This document shows positions 24,123-37,607 of a stretch of 64,000 nucleotides of DNA, piece after piece. Origin of the DNA: Eledone cirrhosa (taxonomy: Eukaryota). Location: the NCBI GenBank assembly GCA_964016885.1, contig OZ024741.1, forward strand, positions 184,078,001-184,142,000. The letters run 5' to 3'. Positions within the stretch are counted from its first letter, which is position 1, and each line of letters opens with the position of its first letter. The notes beneath the pieces are model-generated. The model was not told where the DNA came from and did not search any database. It saw only the letters and a program-made list of their open reading frames with translations. A program made the position numbers and the translations under genes.

Positions 24123-24745
24123 TTACTGGTTTTTACCTGGGCATTTGCTACTCTTGCTAAAATTATTATTAATGTTACTAGTATGTATGACGATATTCGT
24201 ATTATTAAGGAATTGTGTAGAATTACTATCAGGGATGTATGTAATCTTACTTCTATATCCTGATCTAGACAGTGCATTGTTATAATACCAGGCTGTGGTG
24301 TTAAATATGTTTTCATTAGCTGATATTTTAGAGATTCTATATGATATACTTCTAATTATTGAGCTAATAATAGACATTGAATTGTTGGATAATCTATTTA
24401 CATGTGATAGGAATTTCCCTGTCTTATGGTAGGGCCGGTAAAGTTCAGTATGTAGTTCAAAAGTAGCGTCCATTTAAACTTCACCATCTTATAGTTACAC
24501 TCAATAGTTATGGTGTGTCCATAATTTTAAAGAACCTATGCAATTGATTATTGAGGTTTTCTATCCTGCAAGGGTTATAGTTATTTACGGTAAATAGAGC
24601 GTCGTCCCTATATAAATCCGCCTTGCAGGGCAGACATTTCCTCTTTAAGCTTATGCAATAGATAAATGCCCATCAAATCCGTGACTTGTGCAGAGTCACT
24701 GGACGCCATAGTGATATCAAAATTGTTTGGGCGGCTGGTTCTAGT
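24123..24745 (-). pseudogene. Decayed Penelope-like (Naiad) RT fragment
   Basis: NFDITMASSDSAQVTDLMGIY and YRPYHK...ISYRISKISANENIFN...YYNNAL are homologous to the PLE ORF at 25.5-27.8 kb. Confidence 0.75.
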
Positions 24746-25144
24746 ACTCAAAGAAAAACAATTATCAACATTTCGAATGATTGGCGGTCATATCTCATTC
24801 GAAACGTATGTAAGGGAATAAATATGGTTTTTGGATGAAAGAAATATAATTTTTCCATTAATACCCTTGTTTATATTTGCTCTGTATTTATATGTGTAAC
24901 CACTCCTCCACGTTAATAGCATTTCTTCTTCAAAACTTTACATATTATATCAATGCATTGAGCTATATCTTTTTATTAAAGACTGGCAATTTCAAACAAT
25001 ACTATCTTTTTAATTCTCTACTTTTCTTTGAGAATTGTTAGTATAATTCTACCTTTGATTTGATATATATATGTATATATATTATATACATAACTATAAA
25101 TAGTATCATTATTATTATTATATATATATGTATATGTGTATGTG

Positions 25145-25175
<31 letters not shown>

Positions 25176-25478
25176 ATATATATATAAAGAATGAATAATA
25201 ACAGGTAGACATCATAAAAAGGTAATTTATTCCGTGTGCTTACAAGTGTTTCCACGGTGGTACTGCAGCCTAGTTCCGCTACGTGCAAATTCACAAGTAT
25301 TTGCAGAACTCGAATATCAAGTTTCTTGAACAATTCTTCCATAACTCGTAGAGTAACCTCTTACCGTACGTCAACCATATCCAGTGTAGTAATTAACCAT
25401 CACTACATCTTGGATAATCCTATACCTAATAATCGCCTCCTACATAGTTGAGCAACCACACCGACACACGGCATTAAT

Positions 25479-27801
25479 ATGGAAAGGCATCATATAGGTA
25501 TGTCACTTAAAACCATACCTATACCTAACAAAAGGGAATATATTCTCAGTATGATTCAACGCAGTAACGACTTCATTCGGCGTGTACGATGGAAAATTTC
25601 CACTTCGATAAAGGACGCGCCAGTCACTCGTCTGAATCATATGGTTTTAAATCATCTAAAAACCCACCTACAAACCCTCACCTCGAAGCTTTCGAACAGG
25701 ACTTATTGAAAACTACCATGAACATTAAGTTCAACAGACATAGAAATAATGAGCTGCAGAACAACATGAAAGCACTACTCCGAAGATTGCAAAATACCAA
25801 TGGAATTGTTGTGAAAGCTGACAAGACTTCTAACGTATATACCATGGATATCGATACGTATAATAACTTCATACGCAACGAACTACACAAAAAATATAGA
25901 AAAACAAATGAAACTACGCTAGCAAATATTAACAACGAGGCATATAAAGTGGTAATGAATCTCAAGATAGACGATAGAACCGAGCCGATTATCCCCGCTA
26001 CCTCCAGCTTCAACCTGAAGGACCATAAGGTAAATTTTGACTCTAACCCTAAGATTAGACTTATATGCCCTTCTAAATTAGTAGGGAAAATTAGTAAACA
26101 TATACTTGACAGAGTAATAACTCAAGTGAAAAAGAAAATTGAAATTAAATTATGGGGCAACACTAGCGAAGCAATTCGCTGGTTTAATAATGTTAAGAAT
26201 AAGAATAAATCTAAGTTTATACAATTTGACATAGACGAATACTACTCTTCCATCTCACCAAGCACTTTACGTAAGGCCCTATCGTTTGCTAAGGCCAATT
26301 CCGACCTAACGGAGGACGAAATTAATATTATTCTCGAGGCTAGAAAAACCATTATTAAGTTCGATAACTGCTACTGGGAACGTAAGGACAGACCCACAAA
26401 TTTCGATATTACCATGGGTTCCAACGACTCGGCGGAGGTCACGGATCTCGTGGGAATTTACATAGCCCACATATTACATAGTAGATTTAGTAATCTACAG
26501 GGGGGATATATAGAGATGACGGGCTCTTATTAGTTAATAACTTGAATAACCAAAATCTTGAAAGGCTACGGAAAAATATTAGAAAATCTTTTAGTGAACT
26601 GGGTCTAAAAATAACATACGAATACAATCTTAAGGTAGTAAACTTTCTGGACGTAACTCTTAATTTAAATACCGGACAGATACGACCCTTCCACAAGGTA
26701 AATGAGAACCTTACGTATATTGACTTTAACTCTAACCACCCACTCTCCATGATCAAATCAGTTCCCCGGAGTATTTCTCTTAGAATCTCTCGCCTATCGT
26801 CTAACTCTGATATTTTTAGTGAACATGCTGAATACTACAATAATGCATTAAGGAATGCTGACCACCGGGATACAATAGAATACATCGATAGTAATTTCCA
26901 CAACACACATAGCTCTACACGTAATCAAGGTATACGTAACCGGGGGACTAATACACAAGCACACACACACGGTACTACCAGACATACTAATAATAGAAGA
27001 TCACCACCAAATAAATCACGTTGTAGAAAGTATATCTGGTATAATCCTATTTTTAATGCCTCGATTAGTACAAAACTATCTCTTTCATTCTTTAAATTAA
27101 TCAATAAACACTTCCCTAGTTCCCATAAGTACAGCAAAATTCTGAACTCTAAAACTATTAGACTATCATACTCCACGGCACCAAACCTTGAAGCATACAT
27201 AAAAAAACTTAACTTAAGGCAATTAAACAACTCTACAAAACAAAACATTTTAGTAACAGATGGGCAGAACGCAATATCTGCCTCCCAACCACTAAATGGG
27301 AGACGGGTATTGCACAACCCACCTGTACCGTTATCACAACCTATCCATGGTATACCCGCTACCCACAACAAAGAATGTAACTGCCATCTACCTGAAAGAT
27401 GTCCATTGCAGAATGAATGCCTAAAGTCCAACATTGTTTACCAATGCACGGTTGAATCGAACGACCAGAAATGGTATTATATCGGATCTACCACCACATC
27501 GTTTAAATCTCGCTGGTACCGTCATCGATTCTCAATCAAACATCCGAATCACCGTTTTGTGACCACGCTCGCCAACAAGACCTGGCAACTCCGTGAACAC
27601 AACCAACAGTTCACCTTAAAATGGGATATACTTTCCAGCGCAAATGCATATCTGAGTGGATCGAAATACTGCAGGTTATGTAACCTTGAGCTATTTTACA
27701 TACTAAAATCCCAAAACAAACTACTTAACGATAGAATTGAACGATCATTATACTGCAACCACAAACTAAAAGCTAAATTCTCTCACTATAAAATAACTTA
27801 A
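25479..27801 (+). pseudogene. PLE polyprotein (RT + GIY-YIG endonuclease), frameshifted at ~25600 and ~26505
   Basis: SLKTIPIP..FIRRVRWK; VKADKT; QFDIDEYY; FDITMGS; YRDDG after the frameshift; VNFLDVTL; CNCHLPERC (CxCx5C, as in Naiads); IVYQC..YYIGST..FKSRW; CRLC. Confidence 0.88.
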
Positions 27802-28296
27802 CATTCGAACCCGTAACTACAACACCACTTTCTAGCTAACAACCTTCTCTTCCCCCCCCCACACTACAAGACAATACACTGCTTATCACTATACATGGTA
27901 ACTCAGTACAATTCCTAGATTACTACTACAAAACCAAAAGTTCACTCACCACATATACTTTATCTGTCCCCTCTCTACCTATATATCTCTCTCTACATCC
28001 ATTACACTCTCTCTCTCTCACCTTTGACCTACCTCCCTCTCAACATCTATGAATCTGCCCTCTGGGGCAATAAATAATTCCGACCTCAACTATCTACGCA
28101 TCTCTCCAAAAGTAACTAATAAAACCCCTACCATAACATTTTGATTAAGATATCTACAAGCCACTCTCTCCTACTTCTCCAACACCTGCATATCTTTCCT
28201 TCTCTCTCCTTCTTCCCTACTTTTCTCTCTTCCTGTTCCACTCTATCTTCCCCAACAACCCCACTTAAGGGTTTTTACATTGTACATTTACCATTC

Positions 28297-28408
28297 TGCT
28301 CTGAGGAAACAGTGGTCACAGCATTGGATATTCGAGTTCTGCAAATACTTGTGAATTTGCACGTAGCGGAACTAGGCTGTAATACCACCGTGGAAACACT
28401 TGTAAGCA
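28297..28408 (+). ncRNA. Type I hammerhead ribozyme in the pLTR, with extended stem II
   Basis: TGCT-CTGAGGA-[~85-nt hairpin]-GAAAC-actt-GTA-AGCA. Confidence 0.75.
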
Positions 28409-28628
28409 CATGGAATAAATTACCTTTTTATGATGTCTACCTGTTATTATTCATTCTTTATATACACTCCGGAATACTGAAGGACTAAGTTTCTTGAACA
28501 ATTCTTCCATAACTCGTAGAGTAACCTCTTACCGTATGTCAACCATATCCAGTGTAGTAATTAACCATCACTACATCTTGGATAATCCTATACCTAATAT
28601 ATATATATATATGTATATATATACATAC

Positions 28629-28659
<31 letters not shown>

Positions 28660-28689
28660 CACATATACATATATATATAATAATAATAA

Positions 28690-29368
28690 TGATACTATTT
28701 ATAGTTATGTATATACTATAAACAACTATAAACAGTAATTTCCTACTACCTTATTACCAGTAAGAGAAATAGCTCAATGTAAGAAGATCGGGTGTTTTAC
28801 AGAGCAGGAATATATATTACACAATTATCAAAGTTATGTTCGAATCATTTAATTGCTGACAATCGTTTCTTCCAAACTTTCGTTTGGTGTCATCGGAGCA
28901 TTAGCAATGTTTGTACTTAACCTCCTATTCAACTGAACAATCATATAGATACATATATAAGGATGTTGTTTCGTATTTACAAGGTGTAATGGATGCAACA
29001 TATATTATACGAGAATTGTACAAACATTCAAATTCAAATTAAAAGCACAGATTGGAATACATGCAACATATAATACAAGAGAATAGTCTAATACTTAAAG
29101 AGGCATTGATAAAGAATGACAGTAGCAGTACATATGCATATATATGTCGCATCCATTATATATATATACGTCGCATCCATTACACCCTGTACATACGAAA
29201 CTGTTGTTCACAACATCAATATATATGTATCTATATGATTGTTCAGTTGAATAAAGGGTTAATTATATGTACAAACATTGATAATGCTCCGATGAAACCA
29301 AACGAAAGTTTGGAAGAACAATTTCAGCAATTAAATGATTTGAACATAACTTTGATAATTGTGTAATT
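28690..29368. mobile_element. Non-coding PLE pLTR remnant with inverted arms (28820-28968 vs 29210-29366)
   Basis: Arms of about 150 bp each carry a hammerhead; the copy at 29285-29329 is degenerate. Related to sequences at 49.6-51.3 kb. Confidence 0.7.
28854..28900 (-). ncRNA. Minimal type I hammerhead ribozyme (CCGAUGA core variant)
   Basis: Minus strand reads TGCT-CCGATGA-ca-CCAAAC-gaaa-GTTTGG-aa-GAAAC-gatt-GTC-AGCA. Confidence 0.75.
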
Positions 29369-29517
29369 TATACATACATATATATATATATATATATACT
29401 CACTGCCACCAAAAATTCTCACTGCTATCAACAAACCACTCCCTCAACTATTCTTCTAACAACTTCACCCCTCCCTCCTAATATTCTCTATAAAAACCAA
29501 ATAGGTCCTCAGTAATA

Positions 29518-29638
29518 TTATTCTGATGAAATGACAGTAAATAATAACATTGAAATATTGAATGTCTGCATAACTAAAACTTTGTAGATAGCAGCTGTTT
29601 TCAGGTTATGTAACTGTTATAGAAACACTTGTCAATAA
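29518..29638 (+). ncRNA. Type I hammerhead ribozyme with extended stem II (solo pLTR)
   Basis: TTATT-CTGATGA-a-ATGACAGT...ACTGTTAT-a-GAAAC-actt-GTC-AATAA. Confidence 0.72.
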
Positions 29639-29672
29639 ATTCCTTTCAACTAAACTGTATCCATTCAAATCT

Positions 29673-29675
<3 letters not shown>

Positions 29676-29744
<69 letters not shown>

Positions 29745-29756
29745 GTATATATATAC

Positions 29757-29792
<36 letters not shown>

Positions 29793-30103
29793 ATTTATAT
29801 ATACATACATACATTCATATATATATGTATATCTATATATATATGTGTGCGCGCGTATTTAAGTTTGTTGGTTCACCATTGGAAAGCCTCCTACCATTTT
29901 ACTCAATAATATATATATATATATAATATATATATATTTATATATATATATATGTGTGTATGTGTGTGTGTATATATATATGTGTGTGTGTATATATATA
30001 TGTGTGTGTGTGTGTGTATGTATATAAATATGTATATATATATGTATATATATGTTTATATATGTATATATATATATATGTATATATATATATCTATATA
30101 TAT

Positions 30104-30173
<70 letters not shown>

Positions 30174-30806
30174 GTATAGTGGAAACCACAAATCACGGGA
30201 CATGCTATCGTTATATTCCCAGCTTAATGTCATCTGCCGTTTATTATTATCTAAATGTTGGATTGGCAGTATCGGTAGAGGGTCGGGCGCTATGCTTTGC
30301 AGCACAGAGTTACGCCCCTTTACGATCTGAGTTCAAATCCCGCCAAGGTTAACTTTGCCTTTCATCCTTACGGGATCGATAAAATAAAGTACCAGTAATT
30401 ATATTGTGTAATTGCTGGCCTTGTGCCAAAAGTAGAAACAATTATTATCTAAAACGTTCAGTCCAAAACTAATCAAAATGAGCAGCTATCAATCTCTCTC
30501 CCCCTCTCTGGCTTTACACCCACCCACATACTCACATACACCCAAATACCCACATACACATACAGTGTGTAGACCCTAATAGATACTGTTATTTTTCAGG
30601 CAAGTCAGTCTACATTTGATAATGAATGCATGTGCTCTTTGTCTTCCACTGGTAAGTTTCGAATTTTATATACATATAGATACATATATATCTATACACG
30701 CATTCATGCATACACACACACACACAAACACACACTCACACACTCACACAGACACATATATACGTATGCATATATACATATATATGTATATATGTGTGTG
30801 TATATG

Positions 30807-30890
<84 letters not shown>

Positions 30891-30899
30891 CATACATAC

Positions 30900-30953
<54 letters not shown>

Positions 30954-30985
30954 GTATATATATATATACATACATACATACATAC

Positions 30986-31026
<41 letters not shown>

Positions 31027-31050
31027 GCATGTGTGTGTGTGTGTTCATGT
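29676..31050. repeat. Series of (TA)n/(TG)n/(CA)n microsatellites interrupted by a SINE
   Basis: Seen directly. The IYIY ORFs here are artefacts of the repeats. Confidence 0.9.
30256..30440 (+). mobile_element. tRNA-derived SINE with 13-bp TSD
   Basis: ATTATTATCTAAA at 30243-30255 and 30441-30453. Confidence 0.88.
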
Positions 31051-31647
31051 GAGTGCGTGCATATGTATGTTTACGCAAGATTTGCTGTTGGCAACTTTGT
31101 GAGAATCGATACTTGCAAGAATGTATATTTATACGTATGCACGTGCGTGCATGCTCACATACACACATGCACACTAATATATATATATATATATATATAA
31201 ATATATATACATACACGTGGTCACATAGTAATGCTTGCATTAAATATGTCCACCCTTCAAGCAAATGTGTACTATACTCCAGCTGTGCAGCCGTTAGAAT
31301 TCTGAATAAACATTTCCGTCGCTGCAGCTAAATATCAACTGAACAAAGGAAGCAAAATCTATATCCACAGACCCTTCTGGAACAGTGGGGTGTCATTTTA
31401 CGAACGGATATTGAAACCAAGTATTTAGATCCCTTTGAGCTAAAGGATTCCACGCACTGGTATGAATTTGACTGGTGAAGCAATGAAGACAAACAAAACT
31501 GACACAAACATGATTCACGTTCATAAAAGGTAGATTTTAATAAACTTATATGACTTTTTTTTCTATCTAGTTCACAATTTTGCACATTTTATATAGATAT
31601 ATTAGAGTTTCGTTTAGGCAATAAGACCGTTCAATTCCAATTTATGC

Positions 31648-31694
31648 CATCTATCTATCCATCCATCTATCTACCTATCTATCTATTTATCTAT

Positions 31695-31768
<74 letters not shown>

Positions 31769-31950
31769 CTCTGTCTACCTGTCTGTATGTATGTTTGTCT
31801 GTTTGCCTACCTGCCTAACAGCATGTCTGTTTGTCAGTCTGTCGGTTCGAATTGTCTGTTAGTCTGCCTGTCTGCGTATCTGTTTATCTGTTTGTTTGCC
31901 TATTTGCCTCTGTCTGCTTGTCTGACTGTCTGCCTGTCGGCCTCTCTATC
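31648..31950. repeat. (ATCT)n grading into degenerate (GTCT)n
   Basis: Seen directly in the sequence. Confidence 0.9.
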
Positions 31951-32643
31951 TGACCCCTCACTGTATAATCTACCATAGAATGCTGTAAAAATCAGAGTTG
32001 CAAAATATTTTCTGGCAATAATCAGAAAATATGTTTCAAAGACAACATAAAGTTGAACAAGTATACAGAGAAACAAATGAATACCCACAGGAGCTGGTTT
32101 GAAATTTCCGAAGTATAGGGGTTATGACTCGTAAAGTGAAAAGTCTTAGATAAAGCATTGTATTCCCTGCAAATGTCACAACTTATAACATATCAAGAAA
32201 CTATATACAATTCTTGCAGAATGCCTTCAAAAGTAATTTGTACTAGCACAGTTCATTTCACAGTTCATTTCATCATCGACACTCAGAGACAAACTCTAGC
32301 AATAAAATAGAGACCATCAACGTTAAATAGACAGCAAGGTTAACTTTGCCTTTCATCCTTACGGAAATTTTGTGAATAGGCATCATATCTTGTCATTTAT
32401 CTATGGTTTAAATTTCATATAAATCGAAGTGAAAACATTTTCAGCGGGGGAAAGCGAGAGTTTGTGCCCCCGGTGAACCCTTTGATTAAAATTAAATATA
32501 CTTATCGAAGTACCCTGGCCAATGTAGTTTCAGAATATATATCGTTATGGGGGGGGGGGGGTCTATCTCCAAAACCATAAGAGGGGTTCGTGAACAAATA
32601 AACAAACAGACAGGAACTACAACTTTATTATATAAAATAACAG

Positions 32644-32829
32644 TTTTGTGGATTGGCAGTCTCGGTAGATGGTCGGTAGATGGCTTTGTAGCATAGAGTT
32701 ACGCCCCTTTATGATCTGAGTTTAAATCCCGCTGAGGTTAACTGTGCCTTTCATCCTTACGGGGACGATAAAATAAAGCACCAGTAATACACTGGGGTAA
32801 TTACGGGCCTTGTGCCAAAAGTAGAAACA
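32644..32829 (+). mobile_element. tRNA-derived SINE with 17-bp TSD (1 mismatch)
   Basis: ATTATAT(A/T)AAATAACAG at 32627-32643 and 32830-32846. Confidence 0.85.
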
Positions 32830-33340
32830 ATTATATTAAATAACAGCATTTAGTTTTACGAATCTGTTCTTTTCTTATATACATATATAATTATTTTCTC
32901 ACTTTTGTATAAACAGGGACGTGTTTTATTTTTTGAAATACTGATTTAAGCCCTTGGAACATCCGGCGATGAGATATTTTTTCTCTTGCATTTTAGAATT
33001 CCTACTTTTCATCGTTTTGGCCCAACGCGCAGCCATTAGAAATTATCCTTTAACACATAAATGAGAAGTGGCTCTAGGGCAACTTAACTCATCCATACGC
33101 CAGTGAGTCCTGTAAGCCATAGTTACGTGGATATATATCTTTCTGGTGGTTTTTCAGCGTTTCCTCAACATAAACCAACGAATGAGAAAAACAACCCTTA
33201 CCACAAAGCAAGAGAGCCTGTTTTAAAGGTGCTCGATACCCGCCCTCCGTTAGCATGAAAGCAATGACAACAGTTAGAAATCTGAGACCAAAATGCGAGG
33301 TGTATTCCACTTGTTTAGAAATTGTGCACTTTTAACACTT

Positions 33341-33535
33341 TGAACCTGCCAACCTCTAAAAACCTAAATGGAGAGTACCATGAAAAAAGGTTCCCCCAAA
33401 CGGGGAGAAATGGGGCAAAATGGGGAGATTTTACATAATGAAAGCTATACCCATTTTCACAAGAGAAGACATCAGTAACCCTCCCCAAAGTGGGTGGGAG
33501 ATCTCCCCGTCCGACGGGGAGAGTTGACAGGTCTG
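33341..33535. mobile_element. Small non-autonomous DNA transposon, hAT-Tip100-like
   Basis: Termini ACCTGCCAAC...GTTGACAGGTCTG form imperfect TIRs, with a subterminal hairpin CTCCCCGTCCGACGGGGAG. Confidence 0.5.
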
Positions 33536-33583
33536 TTTAATATCACAACAGATTTAACGAGCTATATACATACACACACACAC

Positions 33584-33656
<73 letters not shown>

Positions 33657-33913
33657 TCCTGATCAGTTTTATCGTTACTTTGGTAAATATTGTGTGTTAG
33701 TTTAGCCTACCACAATGTTCGATTTGTCAAGCTATTTAAACGTAGGTTATAACTCTGAGATCTATCTTATCGAGTGCTTTGCTAACTCATCACTTCATAT
33801 AAGTAGGCCGAATTTACTTGCAAACCGCCAGAGATTTTATTTTACTGATTTCCAATTATATATATATATATATATTTAAAAGAATAGAGGTGTAACACAC
33901 AAGTTATGATATA

Positions 33914-34233
33914 TTGGTAAACGGAAGAGAAAATGCTGACATTTTGGTTAGTATTCAGTTTTGGTTTTAAGTTTTACCGGTTGCGCATTTCTAATGCTTT
34001 TCAAAAATAAATTTGAGATAGAGCGTCCGTGATGTTTGCTCTAATCAGATTAGAGCAAACATCACGGACGCTCTATCTCAAAATTATTTTTGAAAAACAT
34101 TAGAAATGCGCAACCGGTAAAACTTAAAACCAAAACTGAATACTAACCAATACTATTACTAATTCTCACTTATTCCTAATTAAACTATTTTTCACTGTGA
34201 ACAATTTGTCAGCATTTTCTTTTCCGTTTACCA

Positions 34234-34234
<1 letters not shown>
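33914..34234. mobile_element. Palindromic MITE / foldback element flanked by TA
   Basis: Outer TIR TTGGTAAACGGAA(G/A)AGAAAATGCTGACA; inner palindrome 33944-34150 centred on 34047. Confidence 0.8.
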
Positions 34235-34272
<38 letters not shown>

Positions 34273-34753
34273 AATATATAGGGGAAGTCTGTTACCTTTC
34301 TCATAAGATATAAATCATTCAAATAAATGATGTTATTTTATGTTATGTTGTTAATACGATGTATTTCAAGATCCTCCAGCGCCCAGAATATTTTTCTAGT
34401 AAACACAATAACTGCCCTTAGAATAATTCCTCTGTGTTTACAAACATAAAAATAAAACAATAAATATTGTTTCCCATTGAAAGCGATAACAAAATTTATC
34501 AATTATGAAACAAAATTGATGACCGATGACCAAAATTTACGTTATCACAAATGAACATGATGCTAAATATTCAATGAAGTAGTTTTCTTGGCATTGTTGT
34601 TAATTTATTTATTTACATTTATTTCGTAAATGTTGGTTCTTTTATTTTTCTTTATTAAATTCACATTCGTGTTCTTTGTCTAAGCTTTTGCTCTGTTAAA
34701 GATTGTTTATAGCGAAATCATAAATTTAAGTCATGTATAATCATTAGACAGAC

Positions 34754-34915
<162 letters not shown>

Positions 34916-35326
34916 ACACAAATAGGAAAACAGAAGTATTAAGGAAACAAAAGTAAAAAAATAATCAGACATACCAAAAAAGTGTAAAGAATTCGACAAA
35001 TGGTAGAAAATTCAAAATTCCTCCGGCATTGTATTTGAGTCGCTTCATTAATCTATTTTTTAAAAGATATTTTATGTATTCTGCTCAAATTAACAAACAT
35101 ACAATCAGAAATCATGCCTAATCAATCAAGCCATGAAACATTTGTCTTTCGAGACCGTTGACATCTCTCACTTGCAATATATTTTCTATATTTTAATATA
35201 AAGTTGAAATATAAGCTCCATCCCTCATGTTTTAATGTAACTTGTATTAAATATGTTAACACACTTAATTATGTTTTTTTTATGCAGATTACTTCTCTGG
35301 ATGATTTACTCTCTTAAACAATTATA

Positions 35327-35857
35327 CTTGGCGTGGCAATAAAGTGTTTAGAATAGTAGGCTGTGTGCCGTATATAGCAGTAAATGTAGTTAATATTATT
35401 GGGAATTTGAACTTTGTTGTACACGTGTGATATTTTGTATGAATACTGTATTTTGTCACAGGCCTATGCATACTTATTTTGCTGTCATTCTTGTGAGTTT
35501 ATAATACATGCATCGAACTCTTCAATCCACAAAAAGAGAAGAATGGCAATGATCAATCAATCAACCTATAGTCCTGACTTAAATTTGTGCGATCGTTGGG
35601 TGTTCAAGTTATTAAAGAAACATCTTTGAAAATTTGTTTTTGCTTCATTAGAAGAGGTGGTAGATGAATCGTTGCGCTGGTTTCGACAATTGCTGAAGGA
35701 ACAGTTCCAGAAAGAGTTAAATGCTTTGCATAAGCACTGTAAATATATTATTGCATTCAATTGATATTATGTTTTGCAGAATAAATAAATTTTAGTTTCC
35801 ATATGTTGTGTATTTTCATTTAAAAGGTTATTCTAAAGACTTTATAGCCACGCCAAT
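35327..35857 (+). mobile_element. Internally deleted mariner transposon
   Basis: TIRs TTGGCGTGGCAATAAAGTGTTTAGAATA / TATTCTAAAGACTTTATAGCCACGCCAA with TA flanks; transposase remnant YSPDLNLCDRWVFKLLKKHL. Confidence 0.82.
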
Positions 35858-36160
35858 TATTTTCCTATGCAAACCTCTACACAGTCGTATAAATTCATTT
35901 ATTGAATCTTCATCCTTACTTCTACTGCAAGTACGGTGCTATCATTAATTCGCTTCGGAGATTATTGTAAAACCGACCCCCCCCCCCCGCCTGATTTACC
36001 TCACCGCATATTTACTTCTAGTTAGAGTCTTAATATTTCCTAAATAAGTTAAAACTAACTTAAATATTCAATACTTTATAACTTTGGAGTTAGTAGCTAA
36101 AGCAGAACTAAAGAATGAAAATAATGAATAAAGCATAGCCGAGTCCAATTAACATTTATG

Positions 36161-36369
36161 ATTTCTAGTATAGGCATAATACCAGTAATTTGGGGGAGGG
36201 GAAAGTCGATTAAATAGACCCCAGAACGTTACTGGTATTTTATTTTATCGACCCCGTAAGGATGAAAAGCAAAGTTAATCTCGGCGGGATTTGAATTCAG
36301 AACGTAAATGGCCCTGACTCTATGCTGCAAAGCATGTTGTCCGACATTCTACCGATACTGCCAATCCAA
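36161..36369 (-). mobile_element. tRNA-derived SINE (longer 3' variant)
   Basis: Same head and core as the other copies, plus an extra AATCGACTTTCCCCTCCCCC segment. Confidence 0.82.
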
Positions 36370-36371
36370 TT

Positions 36372-36620
36372 ACTTTATTGGCTACAAGGGCTTACATATA
36401 AGGGACAATACAATAGGCGGGGACAGTGGCGGTTTTACAAAAAACAGTAAAAATTTGTATAAAAACAATAACAATTAACAAAAGAAATACAACAATGAAA
36501 ATTCCCTAATGGCGAGTCATGTACCCCACCAATTCTGAACCAACCGACACTTCGAGGGCACCTGGAATGGGCACCCTTCTCCTTCTCAAATCAACCAGTC
36601 TACAGTGCATGCTCATAGCA
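36372..36620 (-). mobile_element. Tx1 3'-end remnant (ORF2 stop and 3'UTR)
   Basis: Resembles the family B 3'UTR (GGGTGCCC..TGGTTCAG.ATTGGTGGGGTAC) and ends GCCCTTGTAGCCAATAAAG. Confidence 0.65.
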
Positions 36621-36624
36621 TCTT

Positions 36625-37590
36625 TTCAAAGGAAACAGAATTGAGAGATCCACAGACATGAAACTGGTTTTAAAAGGGGGACCTAAAGAAATCCACAGTG
36701 GGAATGCTACTGGCTGCACAGGAGGAAGCCCTTAGAATGAAGTGGGATGAAACACCACATTGACAAGGAGGAGGCTAGCCCACTCTCCAGGACTCGTGGA
36801 AATATTGAGAGGGGAGACTGTGGCTCACATCGTATCTGAGTGTAAACACCTAGCCCAGACTCACTATAAAGGCTGGAGACATGATATCGTAGGAAAAGTG
36901 ATTCATTGGCATTTATGCAAACTGAACAAGTTACCTCATTCTTAGAAAGGGTATATGCATACACCAGAATCGGTGATAGAAAACGATAGAGTGAAGGTGC
37001 TGTCGGATTTCAGGAGACAAATAAACAAATAATTAGAACATAATAGGCCTGACATGGTGGTGTTTCAGAAGGAAAACAGATCTTGCTTGATTATAGATGT
37101 AGCTTGCCCAGTTGACACAAAAGTGCAAGAAAAGGAGAATAAACATGTCATGGGATCAAGGTCGTCCTCATCCTCATAGGAGCACTGGGTGCTATCTCGA
37201 AAAGCTTGCAAGACTGGTTAAAGAACATTAGCCCAGCCCCCTTATTTGGAACATTCCAGAAGGCATACCTAATGGGAACAATGAGGACCCTTCGGTACGT
37301 CCTGAATGTCTGAGGTTGCAGGTAGCGGCTTGATGATCATTAGGACAAATTTTCCTGTTAAATAACTGTTTCTACTTTTAGCACAAGGCCAGCAAATTAC
37401 CCAGTACATCACTGGTACTTTATTTTATCGACCCCATAAGGATGAAAGGCAAAGTGAACCTCGGCGGGATTTGAACTCAGACCGTAAAGGGACGTAACTA
37501 TGCTGGAAAGCATGTCGTCCGACTCTCTACCGATACTGCCAATCCACCGGTTATTTTCCTGTTAAATAACATCAATGACTGAGATATAAA
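36625..37590 (+). mobile_element. R4/Dong-type non-LTR element 3' fragment (restriction-like endonuclease), with a SINE inserted in its 3'UTR
   Basis: AAQEEAL..ETVAHIVSECKHLAQTHYKGWRHDIVGKVIHW..HNRPDMVV..IIDVACP; followed by (TAA)n at ~37592-37608. Confidence 0.82.
37367..37552 (-). mobile_element. tRNA-derived SINE with perfect 18-bp TSD
   Basis: ATTTTCCTGTTAAATAAC at 37349-37366 and 37553-37570. Confidence 0.92.
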
Positions 37591-37607
37591 AATAATAATA
37601 ATAATAA

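Larger units (their letters stand above)
25185..28598 (+). mobile_element. Penelope-like element (Naiad-type) with 3' pLTR and a 5' inverted + direct partial pLTR
   Basis: 25185-25318 is the reverse complement of 28327-28462, and 25319-25430 is a direct repeat of 28487-28598. (TA)n on both flanks. Confidence 0.9.

Noticed and set aside
25479-27801. Selenocysteine recoding, as reported for some Naiad PLEs
   Set aside because: The conserved Cys motifs are ordinary Cys codons and the breaks are frameshifts, not in-frame TGA.
31255-31585. Unique, moderately GC-rich stretch as a possible exon
   Set aside because: The frames are short, with no recognisable homology or convincing splice pair.
32370-32635. 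Possible Helitron/Helentron-like end (ACAAACAGACAG..ACTTTATTATATA)
   Set aside because: The resemblance is from memory only; no second terminus or second copy is identifiable in the window.
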